Positions 47,969 through 58,293 of a stretch of DNA of 64,000 nt are shown in pieces (the first letter of the stretch is position 1; each line of letters begins with the position of its first letter). Under the pieces are notes generated by a model. It had not been told where the DNA came from and did no database searches. It saw only the letters and a list, made by a program, of their open reading frames with translations. Origin of the DNA: Halorutilales archaeon Cl-col2-1 (lineage in GTDB: Archaea; Halobacteriota; Halobacteria; Halobacteriales; Afararchaeaceae); assembly GCA_041891055.1 (NCBI GenBank), contig CP169074.1, positions 1,664,001-1,728,000 on the forward strand, given 5' to 3'. The position numbers and the translations under genes were made by a program.

Positions 47969-50900
47969 ATGAGCATGGATATCGACGAGGTCAGCGACCA
48001 GTACGATCCTCACGAGGTCGAGCCCGAGGTCAAGGAGTACTGGGACCGCGAGGACGCCTACGAGCACACGAAGGAGGTACACGAGGACGATCCCGACTAC
48101 TTCTTCGTCGACGGACCGCCCTACACGAGCGGTCAGATGCATCTCGGAACCGCGTGGAACAAGACGCTCAAGGACGCCGTTATACGTTACCTCAGGATGC
48201 GGGGTCACAACGTCACCGACCGTCCGGGGTACGACATGCACGGTCTTCCGATAGAGGTCAAGGTCGAGGAGGAGCTTGGCTTCGAGAACAAGAGTGACAT
48301 AGAGGAGTTCGGGGTCGAGAACTTCATAGACGAGTGCAAGGAGTTCGCCGAGTCGAACCTCGACGTGATGAACGACGACTTCGAGTCGCTCGGGGTCTGG
48401 ATGGACTGGGACGACCCCTACAGAACCGTCTCGAACGAGTACATGGAGGCGGCGTGGTGGGGCTTCAAGAAGGCACACGACCGGGATCTCGTCGAACAGG
48501 GCAAGAGGGTCATAAACCAGTGCCCGAGGTGTGAGACTGCGATCGCCGACGCCGAGGTCGAGTACGACGAGATAGAGTCACCCTCTATATACGTCAAGTT
48601 CCCCGTCAAGGGCGAGGACGCCTACCTCGTAATCTGGACGACGACACCCTGGACTATACCCGCTAACATCTACGTCGGTGTCGACCCCGAGACTGAGTAC
48701 GCCAAGGTCAGAGCCGAAAAGAACGGCGAGACAGACGTACTCTACGTAGCCGAGGATCTCGTCGAGGACGTCCTGCGTAAGGGAAGATACGACGACTACG
48801 AGGTTGTCGAGACTCTCGACGCCGACGAACTCGAAGGCAAGGAGTACACACATCCCTTGGAGGATGAGGTTCCAAAACAGAGGGAGTTCGACGGTGACGA
48901 GGACGTACACCGTGTCTACGCCGCCGACTTCGTGACTTCCGAACGCACCGGACTCGTCCACGCCGCGCCGGGACACGGTCTCGACGACTTCGAGTTCGGG
49001 AGCCAACACGACCTTCCAGTCTTCTCTCCCGTCGGCGGCGACGGAGTCTACACAGAAGACGCAGGCGAGTACGCCGGAGAGTTCGTGAGGGACGCCAACG
49101 ACGACGTCATCGAAGACCTCGACTCGAAGGGTCTACTTCTCTCTTCGGGGAGCCACGAACACCGTTACGGACACTGCTGGCGGTGTGACACTCCCATAAT
49201 ATTCATAGCGACCGACCAGTGGTTCATCACTGTCACCGACATAAAGGACGACCTCCTCGACGAGATAGACAAGAGCGACTGGTACCCCGACTGGGCACGT
49301 GACTCACGTTTCAGGGACTGGGTCGAGAACGCACGTGACTGGAACGTCTCACGACAGCGTTACTGGGGAATACCAATACCCATCTGGATCTGTGACGAGG
49401 GTCACGAGACGTGTATAGGGACGAGAGACGAACTGAGACAGAAGGCACTCGACGACGTCGACGAGGTAGACCTCCACCGTCCGGGTGTCGACCCGATACG
49501 TGTCGAGTGTGACGTCTGTGGCTCCGAGGCGGAGAGGGTAGAGGACATATTCGACGTCTGGCTCGACTCTTCGGTGGCGTCGTGGGGAACACTCGGCTAC
49601 CCCTCGAACGACGAGGAGTTCGAGAGGCTCTGGCCTGCCGACCTCATAATCGAGGCACACGACCAGACACGTGGCTGGTTCTGGTCGCAGCTAGGAATGG
49701 GTGTCTCCGCGCTCGACCAGATACCCTACGAGAAGGTTCTGATGCACGGACACGCTCTCGACGAGGACGGTCTCAAGATGTCGAAGTCACGAGGCAACAT
49801 AGTCACTCCTCAGGAGGCTATCGAGAGGTACGGAGTCGACCCTCTACGCACCTTCCTACTGTCGCACAACCAGAAGGGCGAGGACATGAGGTTCTCGTGG
49901 GACGAGCTAGAGGAGACCCAGAGGAAGCTCAACGTCTTCTGGAACACCTACCGTTTCCCTCTGCCCTACATGGATCTCGACGACTTCGATCCCAATGAGA
50001 CGACTGTCGAGGACGTCGAACTCACCAAGACCGACGAGTGGGTTCTGTCACGTCTCGAAACCGTGAAGTCGGAGTTCTCCGACGAGATGGAGGAGTTCGA
50101 GATACACAAGGCTCTCAACGAGTTAATCGAGTTCATCACGGACGACGTCTCGCGGTTCTACATACAGGTCGTCCGTCCGAGGATGTGGGAGGAGGAGGAC
50201 TCCGATGACAAACTCGCGGCTTACGCCACCCTCTACAGGGTTCTCGACGAGTCAGTACGTATGATCGCTCCGTTCGCTCCCCATATCGCTGAGAGGATGT
50301 ACGACAACCTCGGAGACGCCAAGACGGTACACGCACTCGACTGGCCCAGTCAGGACGAAAAGTACAGGGACGAGAAGTTAGAACAGCGCATAGACGTCCT
50401 CAGGGAGATAGAGGAGACTGCGGCGAACGCGAGACAGAAGGCGGGCAGAAAGCTGAGATGGCCTGTCAAGCGTATAGTAGTCGACACAGACGACGAGACC
50501 GTGAGAGACGCCGTCGAGGCTCTCGAAGACCTGCTTCTCAACCGCACTAACTCTAAGTCGGTCGAGGTCGTAGACGGCTGGGACGAACTCGTGAGACGTG
50601 CGAAGCCGAGGATGGACGTCTTAGGACCCGAGTACGGCTCTCTCGCGGGAGAGATAGGAGAGGAGATACGGGGTACGACTAAGGAGGATCTTTCCGACGA
50701 GATCGAGGTCAACGGCGAGACTGTCGAGATCACCGACGAGGTCGTCGAGTACGTAGACGAAACTCCCGAAAACGTCGGAGGTGCTGAGTTCGGCGCGGGA
50801 GACGTCTACGTCGATGCCACACTTGACGACGAGATAGAGTCAGAGGGGTATTCGAGAGAGGTAGTGAGGCGTATACAGGAGATGAGGAAGGAACTCGAAC

Positions 50901-51094
50901 TAGATGTCGAGAAGCCTATAAAGGTAGACCTCGAAATCCGGAATGATAGAGTTGAGAGTCTCGTCGACTACGGCTTCGTCGCCGACGAGACACGTGCAGA
51001 CGAGTTCACAAGCCTCGGATCGCCCGACCTCTCGGAGACGTGGGACGTCGAGGGAGTCGAGATTGAGATCGGTGTCAGCGTCGTGACTGAGTAA
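47969..51094 (+). CDS. ileS: Isoleucine--tRNA ligase
   Basis: DGPPY, HLGT (HIGH-like), WTTTPWT, SRQRYWG and KMSKS motifs. Confidence 0.97.
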   Translation: MSMDIDEVSDQYDPHEVEPEVKEYWDREDAYEHTKEVHEDDPDYFFVDGPPYTSGQMHLGTAWNKTLKDAVIRYLRMRGHNVTDRPGYDMHGLPIEVKVEEELGFENKSDIEEFGVENFIDECKEFAESNLDVMNDDFESLGVWMDWDDPYRTVSNEYMEAAWWGFKKAHDRDLVEQGKRVINQCPRCETAIADAEVEYDEIESPSIYVKFPVKGEDAYLVIWTTTPWTIPANIYVGVDPETEYAKVRAEKNGETDVLYVAEDLVEDVLRKGRYDDYEVVETLDADELEGKEYTHPLEDEVPKQREFDGDEDVHRVYAADFVTSERTGLVHAAPGHGLDDFEFGSQHDLPVFSPVGGDGVYTEDAGEYAGEFVRDANDDVIEDLDSKGLLLSSGSHEHRYGHCWRCDTPIIFIATDQWFITVTDIKDDLLDEIDKSDWYPDWARDSRFRDWVENARDWNVSRQRYWGIPIPIWICDEGHETCIGTRDELRQKALDDVDEVDLHRPGVDPIRVECDVCGSEAERVEDIFDVWLDSSVASWGTLGYPSNDEEFERLWPADLIIEAHDQTRGWFWSQLGMGVSALDQIPYEKVLMHGHALDEDGLKMSKSRGNIVTPQEAIERYGVDPLRTFLLSHNQKGEDMRFSWDELEETQRKLNVFWNTYRFPLPYMDLDDFDPNETTVEDVELTKTDEWVLSRLETVKSEFSDEMEEFEIHKALNELIEFITDDVSRFYIQVVRPRMWEEEDSDDKLAAYATLYRVLDESVRMIAPFAPHIAERMYDNLGDAKTVHALDWPSQDEKYRDEKLEQRIDVLREIEETAANARQKAGRKLRWPVKRIVVDTDDETVRDAVEALEDLLLNRTNSKSVEVVDGWDELVRRAKPRMDVLGPEYGSLAGEIGEEIRGTTKEDLSDEIEVNGETVEITDEVVEYVDETPENVGGAEFGAGDVYVDATLDDEIESEGYSREVVRRIQEMRKELELDVEKPIKVDLEIRNDRVESLVDYGFVADETRADEFTSLGSPDLSETWDVEGVEIEIGVSVVTE

Positions 51095-51101
51095 AGTACA
51101 T

Positions 51102-52244
51102 ATGAGCCACCAACGGTCAGTCTCGGATTCGGAATCGGACGGATCGCGGCGTCTCGGTAGCCTTAGCCGTCGGAACGCCGTCTTCCTACTGACCGCTGTG
51201 GTGGCTCTGTCTCTTCTCACAACCCCTGTCTCGGCACAGACTCCTCAGACGACCCCCGATGGATTCGACATAACAGTCTTTGAGGTAGATATACACGAGA
51301 GCGGAAAGGCTACCTGGACTATCGAGATGAGGAGACAGCTCGACACTGAAGACGAGATACAGGGATTCCGTGATCTGAGGACTCAGTATAACTTGGGCGA
51401 GGTCGAGATATTCACGGGTATTGAGGACAGCCTCAGGGAGGTCAACACTGTGGCTGTCAACCAGACAGGACGTGAGATGTCGCTCAACGACTTCGATCGC
51501 GATCTCCTCGTACGTGAGACGGTCACCGGGAGCGTAGGAGTTGCGCGTCTGCGTTTCAACTGGACGGGTTTCGCGGCGACCGAGTCTAACGGATCGAGGG
51601 TCGTCGTCGGAGACGTCTTCGAGGGCGGCTTCGTCGTAGGAGAGGGACAGCGTCTCATAATACGCCACGACGAGGGTCTCACTGCGACGGATGTCGTTCC
51701 CCCAGCCGACGTATCGGGAGAGAACTCGTACCAGTGGGAGGGACAGAGAGCATTCGAGGACGGAAGACCGCGTCTCGTCTTGACCCCGAACACGACGTCA
51801 GGATCGTCGGAGACACCGTCGGACGAGGACTCGGGGATCTCAGAGCTTGAGGTAGGTATCGGAGTCTTCCTCCTCGTCGTGGGTCTTTTCGGTGGTGTCT
51901 ACCTCGGACGTAGAATGGGCGGAAATAGACCTTCTGAGCCAACGTCAGCCGTGACTCGGAACGGATCGGGTTCCCAGACACCTCGACAGCCTGAGACGGA
52001 GGACAAGTCGGAGGACGAAGACACTGAGGAGGAGGTCGACGAGGAGCTTCTGACGGACGAGGACAGGGTCGTGCGTCTACTACGACAGAACGACGGAAGG
52101 ATGAAACAGGCTTCTATAGTCGAGGAGACGGGGTGGTCGAAGAGCAAGGCGAGCATGGTTCTGAGCGACATGGAGGACGAGGGGAGGATCTCGAAGCTGC
52201 GTCTCGGACGTGAGAACGTAATCGACCTCGAAGAGGACGACTGA
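51102..52244 (+). CDS. Membrane-anchored protein with C-terminal HTH
   Basis: Signal-like N-terminus, one TM, GRMKQASIVEETGWSKSKAS HTH. Confidence 0.75.
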   Translation: MSHQRSVSDSESDGSRRLGSLSRRNAVFLLTAVVALSLLTTPVSAQTPQTTPDGFDITVFEVDIHESGKATWTIEMRRQLDTEDEIQGFRDLRTQYNLGEVEIFTGIEDSLREVNTVAVNQTGREMSLNDFDRDLLVRETVTGSVGVARLRFNWTGFAATESNGSRVVVGDVFEGGFVVGEGQRLIIRHDEGLTATDVVPPADVSGENSYQWEGQRAFEDGRPRLVLTPNTTSGSSETPSDEDSGISELEVGIGVFLLVVGLFGGVYLGRRMGGNRPSEPTSAVTRNGSGSQTPRQPETEDKSEDEDTEEEVDEELLTDEDRVVRLLRQNDGRMKQASIVEETGWSKSKASMVLSDMEDEGRISKLRLGRENVIDLEEDD

Positions 52245-52250
52245 GACGGA

Positions 52251-52916
52251 ATGGAGTTCGAAGACTGGGAACCTCTCTACGAGGCTATACTCGAAGACCT
52301 CGGATACTCGCGCGACGACGACCTCGCCTCGGCGAAGTTACTCGACTCGTACCTCGATCCCTTCGACCTCGGACGTCTCGGCTCGGTTATAGAGGCGAAG
52401 GACGTCTACGTCGTGGGAAACGCCCCGTGTCTCGAAGACGAGATCCACGGGATTCCTGACCCTGAAACCGAAGACACAGTCGTAGTAGCCGCCGACGCAG
52501 CCTCAGAACGTCTCTCGGAAGCCGGAGTCGATCCCGACGTAGTCTGTACCGACCTCGACGGCTCCCCGTCTCACGCCGCGGATCTCTCACAGTCGGGCAC
52601 TGTCGTCGCAGTACACTCCCACGGCGACAACACCGACCTCATAGAGAGATGGATCGAGGAGTTCGACCTATCTAACACACTTGGCACGACACAGACGCGC
52701 CCCCTCGGAGACGTCCATAACTTCGGCGGATTCACCGACGGCGACAGGTGCGCCTTCGTAGCCGACGAGTTCGGAGCCGACTCCCTCTCGTTAGTCGGCT
52801 TCGACTTCGACGATCCTTCGGTCAGCCCCGAGAAGTCACGTAAGCTCGACTGGGCGAGACGTCTTATCCGTGTCCTGGAGAAACGCCGAGACGAGAGAAT
52901 TATAGAACAGGCTTAA
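52251..52916 (+). CDS. mptE: 6-hydroxymethylpterin diphosphokinase
   Basis: AAD, TDLDG, HSHGDN and NFGGFTDGDR motifs. Confidence 0.88.
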   Translation: MEFEDWEPLYEAILEDLGYSRDDDLASAKLLDSYLDPFDLGRLGSVIEAKDVYVVGNAPCLEDEIHGIPDPETEDTVVVAADAASERLSEAGVDPDVVCTDLDGSPSHAADLSQSGTVVAVHSHGDNTDLIERWIEEFDLSNTLGTTQTRPLGDVHNFGGFTDGDRCAFVADEFGADSLSLVGFDFDDPSVSPEKSRKLDWARRLIRVLEKRRDERIIEQA

Positions 52917-52941
52917 GGAATACGACTACGTCTTGGTTGTA

Positions 52942-53826
52942 ATGACTGACACTGACACTAACTACGAGAAACACCGTGAGGCGGGTGAGATACTCGCAGA
53001 GGTACGTGAGGAGGCTGCCGACTCCGTCGAGCCCGGAGTCTCACTTCTCGAAGTAGCCGAGGATGCCGAGGAGAGGATACGTCAACTCGGAGGCGAGCCC
53101 GCCTTCCCCGTCAACATATCCCGTAACGAGGAGGCGGCACACGCTACACCTTCGAGGGACGACGAGGCGGAGTTCGGCGACGACATGGTCAACCTCGACA
53201 TAGGCGTACACGTCGACGGATGGATAGCAGACTCCGCGGTCACAGTCGACATGACCGGAAACACGGATCTCGCCGAAGCACCCGAGAAGGCACTCGAAGC
53301 CGCGATAGACGTAGTTGAGGCGGGCGTCTCGACAGCAGAGATAGGACGCGTAATAGAGGAGACCATAAATGACGAGGGATTCAACCCAGTCTACAACCTC
53401 ACGGGGCACGGTCTCGATGAGTACGAACAGCATACCTCACCCTCGATTCCCAACCACGCAGTCGACCAGGGTGTAACGCTCGACGAGGGAGACGTCGTAG
53501 CCATAGAGCCCTTCGCGACCGACGGAACCGGAAGGGTCAACGAGAAGGGCTCCGCCGAGATATACTCGCTCGTCGAGCCCGACGCACGTATAAGGTCGAA
53601 CGCGGCGCGCGACCTCCTCTCGACTATCAACGACGACTACGGGACCCTCCCCTTCGCAAAGAGATGGCTCCCTCCCAAACGTCTCGACATGACACTCTCG
53701 CGTCTCGAAAGACGTGACATCGTACATTCGTATCCGACCCTCTCGGAGGACGAGGGCTGTCTCGTGTCACAGGCGGAACACACTGTTGTAGTCGAGGAGG
53801 ACGGCTGTGAGGTCATAACGCGCTAA
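52942..53826 (+). CDS. map: Methionine aminopeptidase type II
   Basis: AFPVN, DIGVHVDG.IAD, LTGH, AIEPF and QAEHT motifs. Confidence 0.95.
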   Translation: MTDTDTNYEKHREAGEILAEVREEAADSVEPGVSLLEVAEDAEERIRQLGGEPAFPVNISRNEEAAHATPSRDDEAEFGDDMVNLDIGVHVDGWIADSAVTVDMTGNTDLAEAPEKALEAAIDVVEAGVSTAEIGRVIEETINDEGFNPVYNLTGHGLDEYEQHTSPSIPNHAVDQGVTLDEGDVVAIEPFATDGTGRVNEKGSAEIYSLVEPDARIRSNAARDLLSTINDDYGTLPFAKRWLPPKRLDMTLSRLERRDIVHSYPTLSEDEGCLVSQAEHTVVVEEDGCEVITR

Positions 53827-53898
53827 CGAGATAACGAGACACCCGCGACAGAACGTTGTGCTTATGTCGTTAGCACAAGTATATTTAGGAAGCGCAGA

Positions 53899-55251
53899 AT
53901 GGAACCGATAGATGTCATTGAGCTGATGCTAACGGCGGAGGTCTACAACGACAACCCCGAACTCGACGAGAACGACCTCCCGCCCAAGCTACGTAAGACT
54001 GTCTGGAACGGCGAGGGCGAGATAGAACGTCCCGTCGAGATAACTGAGGAGAGGGTCGCGGAGATATTCGACACCGAGGACGTCTGGGACTCGGTGAAGA
54101 CGCTCCCGTTTACCGACAGGAACAGCTTCGACGGGAAGCTGAGTTTCACTGTCACCGACCTCGCTACTGACTGGTACACAGACAACGCCACAGAGGAGAG
54201 GATACTCAACAATCCCACTCTCGCGTACTACTACGACGAGGTCAAGAACGGAGAGCTAGACGAAGACCTTGAGATAGACTACGAGACTTCGAGGGCACAG
54301 AACCCGCCGAAAGAGGCGGACACGGAGTGGGTACGTTCACTCGTCAACGACCTCGTGAGCGAGGAAGAAGAAGTCGAGAACATGCTCGAACTCGTCGAGA
54401 TATTCGCTCCCGAGGAGATCGACCAGAGCCTCGACGACATAGTTCTCACCGACGAACAGCAGGGCGAGGTCAAGAAGGTCATGAAGGCGATAGAGTACCG
54501 TAACTACCTCAGACAGGTGGGTCTGAGCGAGATAGGTAAGCTACTCTTCGTCGGACCTCCCGGAACGGGTAAGACGAGTACCGCGAAGGCTCTGAGCAAG
54601 AGGCTCGACCTGCCGTTCGTCGAGGTCAAGCTCTCGATGATCACGTCGCAGTACCTCGGAGAGACCGCGAAGAATGTCGATAAGGTCTTCGAACTCGCTA
54701 AGAGACTCTCGCCGTGTATACTCTTCATAGACGAGTTCGACTCGATAGCCAAGACGCGTGAGAGCGAGGAACACGCCGCACTCAAGAGGGCTGTCAACAC
54801 ACTCCTCAAGAGCATAGACGACATATCGCTCGTACAGGACAGCGTCCTCCTAATAGGCGCGACCAACCATCCGAAGCTACTCGACCACGCCGCTTGGAGA
54901 CGTTTCGACGAGATACTCGAGTTCCCCGCCCCTGACGACGATATGAGGGCGAAGATATTCGAGATAGTCACAAGCGACATAGAGATAGAGGACTTCGACC
55001 CCGTCGAACTCGCCGAGGAGACCGACGGACTCACGGGAAGCGACCTGCGTCTCGTACTACGTGAGGCTGTCCTCGATGCTCTCAAGGGCGACAGGACGAC
55101 ACTCACACAGCAGGATCTCATCGACGCTGTCGGGAGCTTCGAGAAGAGGAAGAACCTCAAGGAGATGGACATGATGGAGGGATCACCGACCTCGGTCGCG
55201 GATGACGACGACCACGACCACGATCACGACCACAGTAACTCCGACGACTGA
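53899..55251 (+). CDS. AAA+ ATPase
   Basis: GPPGTGKT, FIDEFD, ATNH and WRRFD motifs. Confidence 0.92.
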   Translation: MEPIDVIELMLTAEVYNDNPELDENDLPPKLRKTVWNGEGEIERPVEITEERVAEIFDTEDVWDSVKTLPFTDRNSFDGKLSFTVTDLATDWYTDNATEERILNNPTLAYYYDEVKNGELDEDLEIDYETSRAQNPPKEADTEWVRSLVNDLVSEEEEVENMLELVEIFAPEEIDQSLDDIVLTDEQQGEVKKVMKAIEYRNYLRQVGLSEIGKLLFVGPPGTGKTSTAKALSKRLDLPFVEVKLSMITSQYLGETAKNVDKVFELAKRLSPCILFIDEFDSIAKTRESEEHAALKRAVNTLLKSIDDISLVQDSVLLIGATNHPKLLDHAAWRRFDEILEFPAPDDDMRAKIFEIVTSDIEIEDFDPVELAEETDGLTGSDLRLVLREAVLDALKGDRTTLTQQDLIDAVGSFEKRKNLKEMDMMEGSPTSVADDDDHDHDHDHSNSDD

Positions 55252-55257
55252 CCCGAG

Positions 55258-56022
55258 ATGAGGCTGACTCTTCTCGGAACCGGAGACTCCGCGGGTGTGC
55301 CCCAGGTAGGCTGTTCGTGTCCGACGTGTGAGCGTCACACCGAAGAGGGACGTGAGAGGACGAGGTTCTCTCTTCTCGTCGAGAACGAGGGTAAGACTCT
55401 ACTGATAGACGCCTCGCCCGATCTCAGAACTCAGCTTCTGCGTGAGAACGTTGACACTCTCGACGGTGTCGTCCTCACTCACGGACATTACGACCATTAC
55501 TCGGGTCTCGGGAACCTCTACAGAACCCTCGGGGAGGTCGAAGTCTACGGCGCCCCGAACGTACTCGACTACGTCCTCGACGACAAGTACTCCTACCTCA
55601 GAATATTCGAGAGACACGACGTCGAACCCTTCGAGGAATTCGAGTTCGCGGGTCTCAAAGTACGTCTCGTTCCCGTACACCATCCTCCATTAGAGACCTA
55701 TGGTGTCGTCGTGACCGATCCCGACTCGGGCGCTAAGCTCAGCATAACAGGAGACACCTCGCGCGAGATTCCTGAGGATAGTCTCGAAGCCATGGAGTCT
55801 CCGGATCTCGTAGTAGCCGACGCATTCGCGTCGACCGACGTCATCGACAGAAAGATCTCCGACGACGGCTACTCCTTCGCCGACAAACACATGACCTACG
55901 AGGGCGCGTTAGACCTCGCCGACGAGATAGACGCCGACGAGACCGCACTCGTCCATCTCTCACACTTCTTCCGACACGAACGCGACGCGATGGGAGAAGA
56001 CGGCGACACCTACGTACTATGA
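55258..56022 (+). CDS. MBL-fold hydrolase (PhnP-like)
   Basis: LGTG..GVP..GCSC..C and THGHYDH motifs. Confidence 0.9.
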   Translation: MRLTLLGTGDSAGVPQVGCSCPTCERHTEEGRERTRFSLLVENEGKTLLIDASPDLRTQLLRENVDTLDGVVLTHGHYDHYSGLGNLYRTLGEVEVYGAPNVLDYVLDDKYSYLRIFERHDVEPFEEFEFAGLKVRLVPVHHPPLETYGVVVTDPDSGAKLSITGDTSREIPEDSLEAMESPDLVVADAFASTDVIDRKISDDGYSFADKHMTYEGALDLADEIDADETALVHLSHFFRHERDAMGEDGDTYVL

Positions 56023-57486
56023 ACTGTTGTTCGCCGACGGCAGCCTCATACGTACTATGCTACCTCTCGGCTGGTTCTCTTCGAATCTCAGAGAGCCGCC
56101 CGACCTCTCTACTATGTGGTGTACGAGCCACAGACCCAGACCGCTTCCGTGGTAGAGAGGCTGTATCTCGGTCTCCGCCGTGAGAATCCTGACTTCCTCG
56201 TCGGGGATTCCGGGTCCGTTGTCTGCGACAGTTATCTCGACACAGTCCTCGCTCGGTCTCGCGCTCACACTCACCTCAATACGTGGCGAGTCGGAGTCGT
56301 TGTACTCGGCTGCGTTACCTATGAGTTCGTCTATCGCCTTGCCTATCTCGGGTATAGACCTTACTCCCACCGAGTCCGAGGGCGCGTCGCAGACGACCTC
56401 GTAGTCGGGATATCTGTCTCTCAGAGTCTGTATACGTCCCTCGAGGAGTGTGTCTACTCCGAAGACGGTACTCTTCTTGTCCTCCGAGAGGACATCGACT
56501 ATCTCTTTCTCCTTGTCGGTCGTCTCTATGAGACCCTCAGCAGTCTCTATGATCTTCGCCGCCTCGTCACGAACCTCTCCCGAGGATCTCTCACGTATTA
56601 TCCTCGCGTAACCGAGTACGACGTTCATCTCGGAATGCATGTTGTGGCGCAGAACCCTGTCGAGAACCTTAAGCTGTTTCTCCCTCTCCTTGACCTCGGT
56701 GACGTCTCTAGCTATGCTGAGCACGGCGTCTGTGCCGTCGTACTGTGTCGTCGACGAATGTATTAGGACGGGAGTCTCGTTGCCGTCCCTGTGTATCACC
56801 GACGCCTCGAATAGGAGCTCCCCCTTCTCGTCTATCTCCGCAGTAATCTCCTCGGGACTTTTCTCCAGGTCGGCTGTGACGTCTTCGGGAGACATCGAGA
56901 GTAGCTCCTCACGTGAGTATCCGAGCTTCTCGACAGCGGCGTCGTTTGCGTCGAGGAAGCCGTCACCAACTTCGTGGACGAATACCGGGTCGCTTATCGA
57001 GTTGAAGAGATCCTCGTATCTCCTCTTACTCCGTCTCAGATCCTCGGTTCGGCGTCTCACTACCTCCTCAAGGTTCTCACGGTGGCGTCTGAGCTCCTCC
57101 TCGGTCTCGCGCCGTCTCTCTATCTCTCTTCTCAGCGAGTCGCTGTGTTCCTTGACCTTCTGGTAGTAGAGAGTGAGTGTAGCGACGACGATGAAGGTCA
57201 GGCTGTTGAGACCTCCGCTGACCGGCGAGACTGACTCCCACAGACGCGTCCTACCCGCTGTTACGAGGACACGGCGGAGTATATGCCCCACCGACCGTGA
57301 GAAGGCGAACAGCGCGAAGACATACGACATCCAGAGTATGTAGGTACCTATCGCTCCCGAGACTTTCCGACTGAACTTCCTACCCTCGACCACACACGCG
57401 GCTGCGAAGACCATCATGAGAACCGATCCGACTATGTCGACGATCCAGACGGGAGCCATCGGCAGAAGTACGGAGGAAGAGGTCAC
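56017..57486 (-). CDS. Membrane PAS-domain sensor histidine kinase
   Basis: N-terminal TMs, PAS, LRHNM H-box, DNGPGIP and GSGLGL motifs. Confidence 0.92.
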   Translation of the reverse strand: MTSSSVLLPMAPVWIVDIVGSVLMMVFAAACVVEGRKFSRKVSGAIGTYILWMSYVFALFAFSRSVGHILRRVLVTAGRTRLWESVSPVSGGLNSLTFIVVATLTLYYQKVKEHSDSLRREIERRRETEEELRRHRENLEEVVRRRTEDLRRSKRRYEDLFNSISDPVFVHEVGDGFLDANDAAVEKLGYSREELLSMSPEDVTADLEKSPEEITAEIDEKGELLFEASVIHRDGNETPVLIHSSTTQYDGTDAVLSIARDVTEVKEREKQLKVLDRVLRHNMHSEMNVVLGYARIIRERSSGEVRDEAAKIIETAEGLIETTDKEKEIVDVLSEDKKSTVFGVDTLLEGRIQTLRDRYPDYEVVCDAPSDSVGVRSIPEIGKAIDELIGNAAEYNDSDSPRIEVSVSARPSEDCVEITVADNGPGIPDEEVRILTAETEIQPLYHGSGLGLWLVHHIVERSGGSLRFEENQPRGSIVRMRLPSANNSS

Positions 57487-57986
57487 GTCTCAGCCTCCTT
57501 CTGTATCCCACGGTCGTCGGTGTCTTCGCCCTTATTGAACTCCCTCAGACCCAGATAGAAGAAGAGTATTCCCGGTACGGAGAGTAGATGGTCGAACCTC
57601 CCGACGTAGTAGACGAGAGCCGTGTCCGAGAGTCTGAGCGACTCGCTCCAGTTCACAGCCGATCCCACGAAAGCCGACTCGGGAATCTGAGTGAGAGCGA
57701 AATGTGTCACGAAGGTGTCGACGTTCCAGACCGCGAAGAAGACCGCACCCACAGCGATCTTCGACCACGCGGGGTCGCCGAGGTTGCCGCTCTGACGTAT
57801 CCTGTAGACGAGGTATACCATGGCTCCGAAGAATACGACGTGAGCCATCTGGTGGACATAGAGCCCCTCAGGTGCCCCGTGTCTCTGTGTCGCCGAGACG
57901 GTCGACGGCGCGACACCGAGAACGAGAAAGACCGCGGCTGCCGAGGAGACGGAGTACTCAAGCCTTCGCGTGACTGAATCTCGCAT
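57483..57986 (-). CDS. His-rich small membrane protein coupled to the kinase
   Basis: HGAPEGLYVHQMAH plus TM helices; 4-bp overlap with the kinase. Confidence 0.7.
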   Translation of the reverse strand: MRDSVTRRLEYSVSSAAAVFLVLGVAPSTVSATQRHGAPEGLYVHQMAHVVFFGAMVYLVYRIRQSGNLGDPAWSKIAVGAVFFAVWNVDTFVTHFALTQIPESAFVGSAVNWSESLRLSDTALVYYVGRFDHLLSVPGILFFYLGLREFNKGEDTDDRGIQKEAET

Positions 57987-58044
57987 CTCTAACTGTATAA
58001 ACAGCGGAGGCTACTTATACTGTTGGACAGGACAGCGAGACGGC

Positions 58045-58245
58045 TCAGAGAGACGTAGACGTGAGTTCGTCGCCCGTCCTACAGCTTCTAACTTCGAAAC
58101 TGTATGGAAGTCGGTCTAGAGAGTCACGTACCGCGTCTTCTATTTCTTCCCAGTCATCACCGTCGGGTCTCCTTTCGTCGGTAAGCTCAACCTCGATATC
58201 TACCGGCTCGTCGAAGTAGTCGGATCGTTCGAGTGTTCCGAACAT
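58045..58245 (-). CDS. Small hypothetical protein
   Basis: Acidic 66-aa ORF filling an intergenic gap. Confidence 0.4.
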   Translation of the reverse strand: MFGTLERSDYFDEPVDIEVELTDERRPDGDDWEEIEDAVRDSLDRLPYSFEVRSCRTGDELTSTSL

Positions 58246-58293
58246 AACACGAAGACTTTTGGATCAACTCGGTATAAATCTACGCAGGTCTCG

